This document shows positions 50,907-60,456 of a stretch of 61,066 nt of DNA, in pieces. A program made the translations under genes and the position numbers. The number at the start of each line of letters is the position of its first letter. Position 1 is the stretch's first letter. A model generated the notes under the pieces. That model saw only the letters and a program-made list of their open reading frames with translations. It was not told where the DNA came from and did no database searches. Source of the stretch: Eubacteriales bacterium (GTDB lineage Bacteria > Bacillota > Clostridia > Christensenellales > MB2-83); assembly GCA_018385275.1 (NCBI GenBank), contig JAHAZM010000022.1, forward strand, positions 1 through 61,066, given 5' to 3'.

Positions 50907-51497
50907 ATGCCGCAGTATTTTGAATCCAGACCCGAAACCGAAAGCCGCCCGGAGCTTGTCGAGACCGAGCTGTTCGGCCGCAGGCTCCGCTTTGTGACGG
51001 ACAGCGGCGTGTTTTGTCGCGGAAAGCTGGACTACGGTACGGAAACGCTGCTGCGCGCGCTGCCTTTTGAGGAGCTTGGAAACCGTGTGCTGGAAGTCGG
51101 CTGCGGCTGGGGCCCGATCTGTTGTACGGTCAAAGCGATGAGACCGGACGCGTTTGTCACGGCTGTGGACGTGAACGAGAGAGCCGTGGCGCTGACGGCG
51201 CGCAATGCCCGCGATAACGGCCTGGTTGTCGACGTGCGCGTTTCAGATGCGCTCGACGGAGTGGAGGGTCTGTTCGACACGATCCTGACCAATCCGCCGA
51301 TCCGCGCCGGGAAAACCGTGATCTACCGGATCTTTTCACAGTCGTACGAACATCTGGTGCCGGGCGGCCGGCTCTATCTCGTGATCCGGAAGCAGCAGGG
51401 CGCGCCCAGCGCCGTGAAATTCCTGAAGACGCTTTTTTCAGGCGTGGAGATCGCGGACCGTTCCGCCGGCTATCAGGTGATCGTATGTACAAAATAG
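50907..51497 (+). CDS. Class I SAM-dependent methyltransferase (small-domain, RsmC/YbxB-like)
   Basis: Start at the ATG at 50907, after AAGGAG. LEVGCGWG SAM motif and TNPPIRAG (NPPxxxG) motif. Confidence 0.8.
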   Translation: MPQYFESRPETESRPELVETELFGRRLRFVTDSGVFCRGKLDYGTETLLRALPFEELGNRVLEVGCGWGPICCTVKAMRPDAFVTAVDVNERAVALTARNARDNGLVVDVRVSDALDGVEGLFDTILTNPPIRAGKTVIYRIFSQSYEHLVPGGRLYLVIRKQQGAPSAVKFLKTLFSGVEIADRSAGYQVIVCTK

Positions 51498-52150
51498 ACC
51501 AAATCGAGACCGTCCTGTTCGATCTGGACGGCACGCTGACGGACAGCGGGCCCGGCGTGATCAACGCCGTCGGCTACGCGATTGAAAAACTGGGCCTGCC
51601 ATATCTGCCGCCGGAGGAGCGAGCTTACTTCGTCGGGCCGCCCCTGCTGAAAGCTTTTGAAGAAAAACTCGGGCTTTCGGGAGAAACGGCGCAGGAGGCC
51701 GTACGGCTTTTCCGCGAGTATTATGTCCCGACCGGCGTGTATGAGAACGCGCTTTATCCCGGTGTTGCGGATATGCTTGCACGCTTGCGCGCCGCCGACC
51801 GCCGATTGATGGTCTGTTCGGCCAAGCCGCAGTTTCTGGCGGAAAAAGTGCTGGAGCATTTCGGGATCGGTTCGTATTTTGAAATCGTCGCAGCCGCCGC
51901 GCTCAACGGCGAGTATACGCAGAAAAACGCGATCATCAGACGGCTGTTCGAGCAGAACCGGATCGGTCCGGCCGTACTGGTCGGGGACAGACGCTTTGAC
52001 TGTGAAGCGGCGCGGCACGCGGGGATCCTTGCGGCAGCCGTCACATGGGGCTATGCGGCTCCGGGCGAGTTGGCCGCCGCCGGGCCGGATTATACGGTGG
52101 ATTCGCCGGCGCAGCTGACGGATCTGATCTTGTTGGGAGGAAAAGGATAA
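51485..52150 (+). CDS. HAD-family phosphatase (phosphoglycolate phosphatase-like)
   Basis: 221 aa. Motif I VLFDLDGTLTDS and a late VGDRRFD motif. Confidence 0.8.
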   Translation: MYKIDQIETVLFDLDGTLTDSGPGVINAVGYAIEKLGLPYLPPEERAYFVGPPLLKAFEEKLGLSGETAQEAVRLFREYYVPTGVYENALYPGVADMLARLRAADRRLMVCSAKPQFLAEKVLEHFGIGSYFEIVAAAALNGEYTQKNAIIRRLFEQNRIGPAVLVGDRRFDCEAARHAGILAAAVTWGYAAPGELAAAGPDYTVDSPAQLTDLILLGGKG

Positions 52151-52560
52151 TGCCCGTAAAGAAAACCGTTATTATTGCACTGTGTTGTCTGACCGTGCTG
52201 ATTTTTGCGCTGATGTTTATTTTTCGCGGCGTCACCTCCGTGGAAATGACGTTTACCGACGAAGCCGGGCAGGTGATCTGGTCGTACCGTTCGACCGATC
52301 GGACCGAATGCAACGAATTGGTCACGGCCGTGACGCGTGACGAAGCCGTCGCCGTTCCTTCCGACGGACAGCTGATGAACGGCCGTCTTGTCGTGACCTT
52401 CTCTTTTTTGACCGACAGCGTCAACGATTTCGTGATGGACAGTCCGACTCACGACGGCAAACTGGTCATTCGCAACAGTCAGGGCGACTGCGTGATGAGC
52501 GATGAGACCAAAGCGGTCTTTCAGCGTTTCATCGAAGCGCATTCTCCTGAGAAAGAATAA
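52150..52560 (+). CDS. Membrane-anchored hypothetical protein (136 aa)
   Basis: The ATG overlaps the upstream stop (TAATG), with GGAGGAAAAGG upstream. Single N-terminal TM helix. Confidence 0.55.
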   Translation: MPVKKTVIIALCCLTVLIFALMFIFRGVTSVEMTFTDEAGQVIWSYRSTDRTECNELVTAVTRDEAVAVPSDGQLMNGRLVVTFSFLTDSVNDFVMDSPTHDGKLVIRNSQGDCVMSDETKAVFQRFIEAHSPEKE

Positions 52561-52567
52561 TTAATGA

Positions 52568-52596
52568 TTGTAATTTTTCTGCGCATATGTTAAAAT
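52568..52596 (+). promoter_or_regulatory. Promoter in an AT-rich spacer
   Basis: TTGTAA-17 nt-TAAAAT. Confidence 0.45.
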
Positions 52597-52672
52597 AAAA
52601 AAAGAATTTTTTCGCGACATATCCGAAAGATCGGAAAAACTCTAAATACTTATATTGTTGGAGGAATTGATT

Positions 52673-53170
52673 ATGTTTTGCAAGAATTGCGGAGCGCAGC
52701 TGAAGGACGGCGACAAGTTCTGCCAATCCTGCGGTGCCAGAGTAGCCGAGCCCGTCGTGGTTGAAAGAGTAGAGACCCAGCCTCAGCCCGCGCCGAATTA
52801 TCAGGCTGCCCCGAACTATCAGGCGGCTCCGCAGGCCGCTCCGGTCACCAACGGCGTCGTCGCGGCGGTGGACTGCAACAAGGGGAATACCAGCGCCATC
52901 GTTCTGCTGATTCTCAGCATCCTTTCCTGCAGCGGTTACAGCGGCTCGCTCATCCTGGCGATCGTTTCGCTGATCCTGTGGGGCAACGGGAAAAAGCAGC
53001 TCCTCGCCGGTAATACGGAAGGCGGCCTCCGTCTGCAGAAGATCGCCCGGATCCTCAGAAAGATCGGCTGGGCGCTCTTGATTGTGACGTTCGTTTTCAC
53101 GCTGATCTATGTGATCCTTTACGGCACGACTGTCTTGCCCGAGATTATGAAAGACATGAACCTCAATTGA
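52673..53170 (+). CDS. Zinc-ribbon protein with a C-terminal two-TM CD225/dispanin-like module
   Basis: Start MFCKNCGAQLKDGDKFCQSCG, after TGGAGGAAT. A Q/A/P/N/Y-rich linker (APNYQA repeated), then 2 TM helices flanking ...GNGKKQLLAGNTEGG.... Confidence 0.7.
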   Translation: MFCKNCGAQLKDGDKFCQSCGARVAEPVVVERVETQPQPAPNYQAAPNYQAAPQAAPVTNGVVAAVDCNKGNTSAIVLLILSILSCSGYSGSLILAIVSLILWGNGKKQLLAGNTEGGLRLQKIARILRKIGWALLIVTFVFTLIYVILYGTTVLPEIMKDMNLN

Positions 53171-53227
53171 TAAAACCGATCGGAACGGGGTATTCTATTT
53201 CCATACCCATATCGAAAGGATCAAACT

Positions 53228-53749
53228 ATGCTGATTTGTAAGTATTGCGGCCAGGAGATCAAAGGAAAGTTCTGCACCGAATGCGGCCGCAGCGCCGAAG
53301 AAGCCGGCGTCGAACAGGTCGTTGATACCGCCGCGGAGGAAGCGGCGGAGGCGACCGTTTCACCGGTGGACGACGAACGGATGATCGGACAGACCGTAGA
53401 AGAAGAAAAGACGGCGACTGAAGAAAAAACGGTCGATCCGGAGCGGGAAGAAAGACTGCAGAAGGCCCGCGCCTACGGCATCGCGCCGCAGATCGTTCTC
53501 ATTATCGTCGGATGCCTTTGCTGCGCGCCGGTGAACGTGGTGTCCATTATTCTGTCCTTTGTTTCCATTGCCAATCGCAATTCCATGCAGACCCTGCTGG
53601 CGGCCGGACGGGAGGACGAGGCGCTGGATCGTTATGACAAAGCGACGAGCGCGTTCCGTTGGTCCTGGATCACGCTGATCATTTCCCTCGCCGTGGGCGC
53701 CGTCGCTTTCGGCATCGGCTTTGCCGCCGGGCTGATCAAAATGTCGTGA
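53228..53749 (+). CDS. Zinc-ribbon protein with a C-terminal CD225/dispanin-like module (paralogue of 52673..53170)
   Basis: MLICKYCGQEIKGKFCTECG, an acidic linker, then GCLCCAPVNVVSIILSFVSIANR...AAGREDEA.... Confidence 0.7.
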   Translation: MLICKYCGQEIKGKFCTECGRSAEEAGVEQVVDTAAEEAAEATVSPVDDERMIGQTVEEEKTATEEKTVDPEREERLQKARAYGIAPQIVLIIVGCLCCAPVNVVSIILSFVSIANRNSMQTLLAAGREDEALDRYDKATSAFRWSWITLIISLAVGAVAFGIGFAAGLIKMS

Positions 53750-54165
53750 ACGACCTCGGCAAGAAAAAAAGAGTTTTCAGAAGACTCGCAGGCACAGGCA
53801 TCATCGTCCTGTGCCTTTTCTTGCTGGCGGCCGGTTTTTGGTGGGACGTGGAAGCCAGCACGCTCGACGTCTGTCTCGTCCACAGATTGACGGGCTTGGA
53901 CTGCCCCGGCTGCGGGATGACGCGGGCGTTTCATTGTCTGCTGCATCTGCGTATCGCCGACGCGCTGGATTACAACGTTTTCAGCCCGGTCGTTTTTCTT
54001 CTGATCGCCGCGCTGATCGTGACGATCGAAGCCGATCTGCTGTTGGACAAAAAGCTCTTTCAGCACGTTCCCCCTTGGCCTCTGGTCGCGCTGCTGGCGG
54101 CGCTGCTGGTTTTCGGCGTCGTTCGCAATATCCCGATCGAACCCTTTACTTACCTGCACACGTAA
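53746..54165 (+). CDS. DUF2752-family membrane protein
   Basis: CLVHRLTGLDCPGCGMTRAF motif. The GTG at 53746 overlaps the upstream TGA. The tracked ATG at 53659 lies inside the preceding gene. Confidence 0.7.
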   Translation: MNDLGKKKRVFRRLAGTGIIVLCLFLLAAGFWWDVEASTLDVCLVHRLTGLDCPGCGMTRAFHCLLHLRIADALDYNVFSPVVFLLIAALIVTIEADLLLDKKLFQHVPPWPLVALLAALLVFGVVRNIPIEPFTYLHT

Positions 54166-54172
54166 AATCCGC

Positions 54173-54201
54173 TTTACATTCCCAAGGGCTTCATATATAA
54201 T
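54173..54201 (+). promoter_or_regulatory. Promoter of ileS
   Basis: TTTACA-17 nt-TATAAT. Confidence 0.6.
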
Positions 54202-54207
54202 AATTTA

Positions 54208-54429
54208 AAAGCTATGACGGAGACAAGGTCTCCCCGTAAACCCGCCTTCCAGAGAGCGCTTCCCGGCTGAAAGAGCGCGGCGGGCCCGGGGCGGAATATC
54301 CCTCCATCAGCCTGCCCGCCGAACGAGTCCTTCAGTAAGCGGGCACGTCCGGGCCGCGTTATCGGTTTCGGCGGTGTCAGCCGCGTCTGCGTTTTAGGTG
54401 GTCAACTGTCCTATACGGGCAGTTTTTTT
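54208..54429 (+). promoter_or_regulatory. T-box leader (Ile) with an intrinsic terminator
   Basis: AGAGAG (54251-56), GGCTGAAAG distal loop, candidate AUC specifier (54298-54300), AGTA, and T-box-like AGGTGGTCAAC (54396-54406). Terminator AACTGTCC/GGGCAGTT plus a T run (54404-54429). Confidence 0.75.
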
Positions 54430-54446
54430 ATGAAAGGATGATTCTG

Positions 54447-57400
54447 ATGTACAAACCGGTAAAGACAGACCTTGATTTCATCGAGCGGGAACAGGAGATC
54501 CGCGCGTTCTGGAAGGAGAACGATATCTTCGGGGCCAGCGTCCGAAAGAACGAGGGACACGAAGAGTTCACGTTCTACGACGGGCCTCCGACGGCCAACG
54601 GCATGCCGCATATCGGCCACGTGCTGACCAGAACGATCAAGGACATCATTCCGCGCTATAAAACGATGAAAGGTTATCACGTCCTGCGCAAAGCCGGATG
54701 GGACACGCACGGTCTGCCCGTCGAGCTGGAGGTCGAAAAGCAGCTTGGCATCAACGGAAAGCCTCAGATCGAGAAATACGGCATCGAGCCCTTTATCGCC
54801 AAATGCAAAGAGAGCGTGTGGAAATATAAGGGCGAGTGGGAGATCATGTCCGATAAGATCGGGTATTGGGCGGACATGAAGAATCCCTATATTACCTATG
54901 ACAACAAGTACATCGAGTCCGTCTGGTGGTCGATCAAGCAGATCGCGGACAAGGGTTTGCTTTACAAGGGCCATAAGATTGTGCCGTATTGCCCGCGCTG
55001 CGGAACTGCGCTGTCGAGCCACGAGGTGGCCCAGGGCTATAAGGACGTGAAGGAAACCTCCGTTTTCGTTCGTTTCAAGGTGAAAGGTCAGGAGAATCTG
55101 TACCTGGCGGCCTGGACGACCACGCCCTGGACGCTGCCGAGCAACGTCGCGCTCTGCGTCAACGCCGACGAGGAGTACGCTTATTCCGTCGCGGGCGACG
55201 GAGACACCTATATCACCGCCGCGGCGCTGGCCAGGACCGTGCTGGGCGACGAGATCACGACAGTCAAAACCGTGCGCGGCGCGGAACTGGTCGGCATGGA
55301 ATACGAGCCGCTGTTTGATTTCGCCGCCGGCGCCAAAAACGCTTTCCGCGTCGTGGAGGACGGCTACGTCACGCTGACGGACGGCAGCGGTATCGTTCAT
55401 ATCGCGCCGGCGTTCGGTGAGGACGACGCCCGGGTGGGGCGCCGCTTCGGACTGCCTTTCGTTCAGTTCGTCAACGAACAGGGCCGCCTGACCGAGGAGA
55501 CCGGTCGTTATGCCGGCATGTTCGTTAAGGACGCCGACAAGCCCATCATCGCCGACCTGAAAGCGTCCGGCAAGCTGATGAAGGCCATCCCCTTCGAGCA
55601 CAGCTATCCTTTCTGCTGGCGCTGCGACACGCCGCTGATCTATTATGCGCGCAGTACGTGGTTCATCAAGGTCACGGCCGTCAAGGATAAGCTGATCGCC
55701 AACAATAATCAGATCAACTGGTATCCCGACACCATCAAGCAGGGGCGGATGGGGAATTTCCTCGAAAACGTCATCGACTGGGGCCTGAGCCGCGAGCGCT
55801 ATTGGGGCACGCCGCTTCCCGTGTGGGAGTGCGAATGCGGGCATCATCACGTCATCGGCAGCATCGCGGAGCTGAAAGAGCTGGGCGATAACGTGCCGGA
55901 GAATATTGAACTGCATAAGCCCTTTATCGACGCCGTCACGCTCCGCTGTCCCAAATGCGGCGGCACGATGCACCGCGTCAAGGAGGTCATCGACTGCTGG
56001 TACGATTCCGGATCCATGCCGTTTGCACAGCTGCATTATCCTTTTGAAAACAAAGAGCAGTTTGAAAAGAACTTCCCGGCGGACTTCATCAGCGAGGCCA
56101 TCGATCAGACTCGCGGTTGGTTCTATACGCTGCTGACGATCTCGACGCTGTTGTTCGATCGTCCGCCGTTCCGCAACTGTATCGTCCTCGGACACGTCTG
56201 CGACAAGGACGGCGTCAAAATGTCCAAGCACAAGGGCAACGTCATCAAACCGGACACCGTGCTGGACAAGCAGGGCGCCGACGCCGTGCGCTGGTATTTC
56301 TATACCGCCAGCGCGCCGTGGCTGCCGTCGCGCTTCTATCCCGAAGCCGTCAGCGAGTCCCAGCGCAAATTCATGGGCACGCTGTGGAATACCTACGCTT
56401 TCTTCGTGCTGTACGCCAATATCGACAAATTCGATCCGACCGCTTATAAGCTGTCGGACTGCAAGCTCAGCGTGATGGATCGCTGGATCCTTTCGGGACT
56501 CAATTCCCTGATCCGTAAGGTCGACGAGGGACTGGCTGCCTACAGTCTGACCGATTCGGCGCGCGCCATCCAGGATTTCACCGACGAACTGTCCAACTGG
56601 TACGTACGCCGCGGCAGAGAACGCTATTGGGGCCCGGAAATGACCGAGGACAAGATCAGCGCTTATATGACGCTGTATACGGTTCTGGTCACCGTCGCCA
56701 AGCTTTCGGCGCCCTTCGTGCCGTACGTTTCCGAAATGATCTATCGCAATCTGGTCTGCTCCGTGGACAAGGACGCGCCCATCAGCGTACATCTGTGCTC
56801 GTTCCCCGTTTGCGACGAAAGCAGGATCGACGCCGAGCTGGAAGAGAACATGGAGTTCGTTTTGCGCGTCGTCGCGCTGGGCCGCGCGGCCCGCAGCGGC
56901 GCCAACGTGAAAAACAGACAGCCGCTGGCGAAAATGTACGTCTGCACGGATCGGGCGCTGCCCGAGCGGTATACGGCGCTGATCGCCGATGAGCTCAACG
57001 TCCGGGAAGTGGTCTTTACCACCGCGTCGGATGATTTTACCAGTTACAATCTCAAGCCGCAGATGCGGACCCTTGGTCCCAAATACGGCAAACTGCTCGG
57101 CTCGATCGGGCGGTATCTCGCTTCCTGTGACGGGAACGCCGTGATGGCGGCGTTTGCCCGCGGCGAAGAGTGGAGTTTCGAGCTTGACGGCCGGACGGTC
57201 GTGCTCGGCGCGGACGACGTGCTGGCGACCCAGGTCGACCGGCCCGGCTTTGCGGCGGAAACGGATGAAGAACTGACGGTAGTGCTCGATACCACGATCA
57301 CGGAAGAACTGCTCGACGAGGGCCTGATCCGCGAGATCGTCAGCAAAGTCCAGAATATGCGCAAGAAAGTCGGTCTGGAGGTCACGGACCATATCGTACT

Positions 57401-57566
57401 CGGCTTTGCCGGTTCCGGCCGGACGATGACGGTCGCGGAACGGTACGCTGAGCGGATCGGATCGGCGTCGCTGGCCGACGAAGTGAAGTGCGGCGAGAGC
57501 TTTGCCGACAGCGAGGAATGGGACGTCAACGGCGAAAAACTCACTATCAGCATCCGGAAGGTCTGA
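54447..57566 (+). CDS. ileS: Isoleucine--tRNA ligase, long (about 1040 aa) type-2-like form
   Basis: HIGH motif PTANGMPHIGH and KMSKS motif KMSKHKGN. The ATG at 54447 has AGGA 8 nt upstream. An alternative in-frame ATG lies at 54438. Confidence 0.96.
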   Translation: MYKPVKTDLDFIEREQEIRAFWKENDIFGASVRKNEGHEEFTFYDGPPTANGMPHIGHVLTRTIKDIIPRYKTMKGYHVLRKAGWDTHGLPVELEVEKQLGINGKPQIEKYGIEPFIAKCKESVWKYKGEWEIMSDKIGYWADMKNPYITYDNKYIESVWWSIKQIADKGLLYKGHKIVPYCPRCGTALSSHEVAQGYKDVKETSVFVRFKVKGQENLYLAAWTTTPWTLPSNVALCVNADEEYAYSVAGDGDTYITAAALARTVLGDEITTVKTVRGAELVGMEYEPLFDFAAGAKNAFRVVEDGYVTLTDGSGIVHIAPAFGEDDARVGRRFGLPFVQFVNEQGRLTEETGRYAGMFVKDADKPIIADLKASGKLMKAIPFEHSYPFCWRCDTPLIYYARSTWFIKVTAVKDKLIANNNQINWYPDTIKQGRMGNFLENVIDWGLSRERYWGTPLPVWECECGHHHVIGSIAELKELGDNVPENIELHKPFIDAVTLRCPKCGGTMHRVKEVIDCWYDSGSMPFAQLHYPFENKEQFEKNFPADFISEAIDQTRGWFYTLLTISTLLFDRPPFRNCIVLGHVCDKDGVKMSKHKGNVIKPDTVLDKQGADAVRWYFYTASAPWLPSRFYPEAVSESQRKFMGTLWNTYAFFVLYANIDKFDPTAYKLSDCKLSVMDRWILSGLNSLIRKVDEGLAAYSLTDSARAIQDFTDELSNWYVRRGRERYWGPEMTEDKISAYMTLYTVLVTVAKLSAPFVPYVSEMIYRNLVCSVDKDAPISVHLCSFPVCDESRIDAELEENMEFVLRVVALGRAARSGANVKNRQPLAKMYVCTDRALPERYTALIADELNVREVVFTTASDDFTSYNLKPQMRTLGPKYGKLLGSIGRYLASCDGNAVMAAFARGEEWSFELDGRTVVLGADDVLATQVDRPGFAAETDEELTVVLDTTITEELLDEGLIREIVSKVQNMRKKVGLEVTDHIVLGFAGSGRTMTVAERYAERIGSASLADEVKCGESFADSEEWDVNGEKLTISIRKV

Positions 57567-57569
57567 GTT

Positions 57570-58430
57570 ATGTTTATAGCGGACGATTGGAGCGATTATA
57601 CGCTCATTGACGCGGGCGACGGCGAAAAACTGGAACGCTGGGGCGACGTGACGCTGCTGCGCCCCGATCCCCAGGCGATCTGGAATTTTTCCGATCCGTC
57701 GAAGCGCGCTTTGGCAGACGCGGTCTATCACCGCAGCGACAAGGGCGGCGGCGCATGGGAATACCGGCGGCCGATCCCGGAGTCGTGGACAGTGCGCTGG
57801 CGTGATCTGACCTTTTTGGTCAAGCCCATGGGCTTCAAACACACAGGCCTGTTTCCCGAACAGGCGGCCAACTGGGCGTGGATACGGGAGAAGATCACCG
57901 CGTCGGGCCGCGAACAGGTGCGTGTTCTGAACCTGTTCGGCTATACCGGCGGCGCCACCGTCGCGGCCGCGGCGGCCGGGGCGGAGGTCTGCCACGTCGA
58001 CGCGTCCAAAGGCATGGTCGCCCAGGCCAAGATCAATATGAATCTGTCCGGCCTGTCGGATCGTCCGGTGCGCTATATCGTGGACGACTGCATGAAATTC
58101 GCCGCCCGCGAGGAACGGCGAGGGAAGACCTACGACGCCGTAATCATGGATCCGCCCAGCTACGGCCGCGGCGCCAACGGCGAAGTATGGAAGCTTGAAG
58201 AAGGGCTGATGCCGCTGATGGCGCAATGCGTCCGTCTGCTGAGTGAAAAACCGCTGTTTTTTCTGATAAATTCGTATACGACGGGGCTGCAGCCCACGGT
58301 TTTGAAAAATATCCTGACGGATATGCTGGCGCGCCGTTTCGGCGGAACGGTAACGGCCGACGAGGTGTGCCCGCCGATCCGGACGGGATTGATGCTGCCT
58401 TGCGGCGCATCCGGCAGATGGGAGGCTTGA
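57570..58430 (+). CDS. Class I SAM-dependent RNA methyltransferase (RlmI/YwbD-like catalytic domain, no PUA domain)
   Basis: 286 aa. NLFGYTGG SAM-binding loop and IMDPPSYGRG motif. Confidence 0.75.
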   Translation: MFIADDWSDYTLIDAGDGEKLERWGDVTLLRPDPQAIWNFSDPSKRALADAVYHRSDKGGGAWEYRRPIPESWTVRWRDLTFLVKPMGFKHTGLFPEQAANWAWIREKITASGREQVRVLNLFGYTGGATVAAAAAGAEVCHVDASKGMVAQAKINMNLSGLSDRPVRYIVDDCMKFAAREERRGKTYDAVIMDPPSYGRGANGEVWKLEEGLMPLMAQCVRLLSEKPLFFLINSYTTGLQPTVLKNILTDMLARRFGGTVTADEVCPPIRTGLMLPCGASGRWEA

Positions 58431-58434
58431 GGCG

Positions 58435-59157
58435 ATGGATTTTCGCGTTCTTTATGAAGACAATCATATTATCGTGGTCGAGAAACCGGTCAACGTACTG
58501 ACGCAGAGCGACGGGCCGACCGACCCGGAAAGACCGGATATGCTGACGGCTGTGAAAGAGTATATCGGGCAGAAGTACGAGAAACCGGGAAACGTTTTTA
58601 TCGGCCTGGTCCATCGTCTGGATCGGCCCACCGGCGGCGTGATGATCTTTGCCCGTACCTCCAAGGCGGCGGCCCGTCTCAGCGAGGCGATCCGAGAGCA
58701 TGAGTTTGAAAAATACTATTACTGCGTCGTGCGCGGCGTTCCCGCCAAGCCCAAGGATACGCTGACGCATTATTTGCTGAAGGATGAGAAAACCAACACC
58801 GTCAGCGTTGTGCCGATGGCGACGGAGGGAGCCAAAATGGCCTCGCTCAGCTATGAGACGCTCGAGACCGTGCGCGATTGCTCGCTGCTGCGGGTGCGCC
58901 TGCACACCGGCCGCGCGCATCAGATCCGCGTGCAGATGAAAGCGATCGGCTGCCCGCTCTGGGGCGATCAGCGCTATGCCGCCGACGTCAACAAGCCGGG
59001 TCAGCAATTGGCGCTCTGGGCCTGTCAGATCAGCTTTATCCATCCCGTGACCAAGGAGCGCATGACGTTTTACGCGCCGCCGCCCGAGGACAAAGCGCCT
59101 TGGAAGGCTTTCAAGCTGGAATTGGACGAGGCCTATGTGACCGATATCCATCGCTGA
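58435..59157 (+). CDS. RluA-family pseudouridine synthase
   Basis: 240 aa. HRLDRPTGGVMIFART catalytic-Asp motif and TGRAHQIR. Confidence 0.88.
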   Translation: MDFRVLYEDNHIIVVEKPVNVLTQSDGPTDPERPDMLTAVKEYIGQKYEKPGNVFIGLVHRLDRPTGGVMIFARTSKAAARLSEAIREHEFEKYYYCVVRGVPAKPKDTLTHYLLKDEKTNTVSVVPMATEGAKMASLSYETLETVRDCSLLRVRLHTGRAHQIRVQMKAIGCPLWGDQRYAADVNKPGQQLALWACQISFIHPVTKERMTFYAPPPEDKAPWKAFKLELDEAYVTDIHR

Positions 59158-59218
59158 ACGGGAAAATTGTTGAAACGGAGGGCTTTCGGTCTATTTTGCG
59201 CATGTGTGCATTTATCGG

Positions 59219-59247
59219 TTGAAATCCGCGGCCGGATAGGTTATAAT
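59219..59247 (+). promoter_or_regulatory. Consensus-like promoter
   Basis: TTGAAA-17 nt-TATAAT. Confidence 0.6.
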
Positions 59248-59289
59248 GTAGATGACGGGATAAAAATGAACACATGAGAACATGAGCAT

Positions 59290-60456
59290 ATGAATTTTAA
59301 AATCGGCAAATTACAAGTGAAAAAGCGCTTTATTCTCTTTTTGGTCGCCGCGCTGATCCTCATTTGCGTGACCGTTTCCGTTTGCGTGAACGCGGCGGTC
59401 AAAGCCGAGATCTATTGGGGCGTTCTGAATGACGCGGAGTTCTTTTCCGGGGTCGTGATCCGGGACGAGACGTTTTATCCGTACGGCGAATACGGTCGTC
59501 TCGATCGGGCGGCGCGGGAAGGAGACGTCGTCTGCGCAGGCGCGCTCATCGCGGAACTGTACAGCCCGGATTATATCGCGTCCAAACTGGACGATCTGGC
59601 GAGTCAGCGCCGCAACATCGTCAATTATCAGCGGAATATCATGAAAACGGTCAACGACGAGGAACTGAAACGCGTTGAGGGCGAGATCGCGACGCTGAGA
59701 AGTCGGCTTGCCTCGGCGGCCCTGAACGGGCAGAACGAGTCGACCGTGACGGCCGGCGCCGAGTTGGAAGCGCTGTTGGCCAGACAAAACGAACTGCTGC
59801 GCCTCAAGGCCAAGGCCGACGAGCATCTGACGACGCTTTACACGCTGGAGGCGGCTCTGGAAAAAACCGTTTCCGTTTGGAAAAGCGAACTCACCGCACA
59901 GCGCGACGGCATTCTCAGTTATCAGAGCGACGGTCTGGAAAAAACACTGAACGTGCAGGATATCAGCTCTCTCAGCGTCGCGGAGATTTTTTCCGTCCTG
60001 AACATGAAAAACCGTTCGTCGGGCGAGGAGGGATACCGGATCGTCAATACGGAAAAGTGGTACATCGCGCTGGTCTGCGCCAAAAACCCGAATTTGATCC
60101 TCGGCGATCGTTATGATCTGTACCGCCGCGGGAGCGCGGTTCCGGTGTCCGGACAGTATATCTCGGAAACGCACGACGGCGGGAAGACCATATGTCTTTT
60201 TGAATGCGCCGGCGAGATGGGCGGACTCATCGACGCGCGCACCGCGATGTTTTTCATCGGCGGATCGGTAGAAGGGCTGATCGTGCCGACGTCGGCTGTT
60301 TTTACCGTAAACGGTCTGAAAGCGATCCAGGTGGACAACAAAGGCAAACGGGAAACGGTTTACGTCAAAGTGATCGCTTCGTCGGGCGAGCAGACCGTCG
60401 TAAGACCGATGCCGGACGCGACGGAGCCGTATATCGGACAGAAGGTATACAGATGA
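59290..60456 (+). CDS. HlyD-like membrane-fusion/coiled-coil protein (N-terminal TM, lipoyl-like and coiled-coil segments)
   Basis: 388 aa. A TM helix, then GDVVCAGALIAELYSP (lipoyl-like hairpin), a long heptad region and a C-terminal beta domain. No clear SD. Confidence 0.6.
   Translation: MNFKIGKLQVKKRFILFLVAALILICVTVSVCVNAAVKAEIYWGVLNDAEFFSGVVIRDETFYPYGEYGRLDRAAREGDVVCAGALIAELYSPDYIASKLDDLASQRRNIVNYQRNIMKTVNDEELKRVEGEIATLRSRLASAALNGQNESTVTAGAELEALLARQNELLRLKAKADEHLTTLYTLEAALEKTVSVWKSELTAQRDGILSYQSDGLEKTLNVQDISSLSVAEIFSVLNMKNRSSGEEGYRIVNTEKWYIALVCAKNPNLILGDRYDLYRRGSAVPVSGQYISETHDGGKTICLFECAGEMGGLIDARTAMFFIGGSVEGLIVPTSAVFTVNGLKAIQVDNKGKRETVYVKVIASSGEQTVVRPMPDATEPYIGQKVYR

Noticed and set aside
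54411-58226. A 1271-aa ORF antisense to ileS and the following methyltransferase. Similar long antisense ORFs occur at 17126..19696 (opposite the P-type ATPase), 25430..27901 (secA), 45841..48543 (GH38), 40925..42781 (aspS), 9217..10965 (polA), 3289..5118 (atpA) and 21452..23479 (P1B ATPase and downstream).
   Set aside because: For the four I checked (ileS, secA, P-type ATPase, GH38), the antisense codons are exact codon-for-codon reverse complements of the sense frame; the coordinate differences are multiples of 3. In that register a stop arises only opposite TTA, CTA or TCA sense codons, which this GC-rich genome avoids. The translated products are Arg/His/Asp/Gly-rich and lack motifs, SD sites or promoters. 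They are shadow ORFs.
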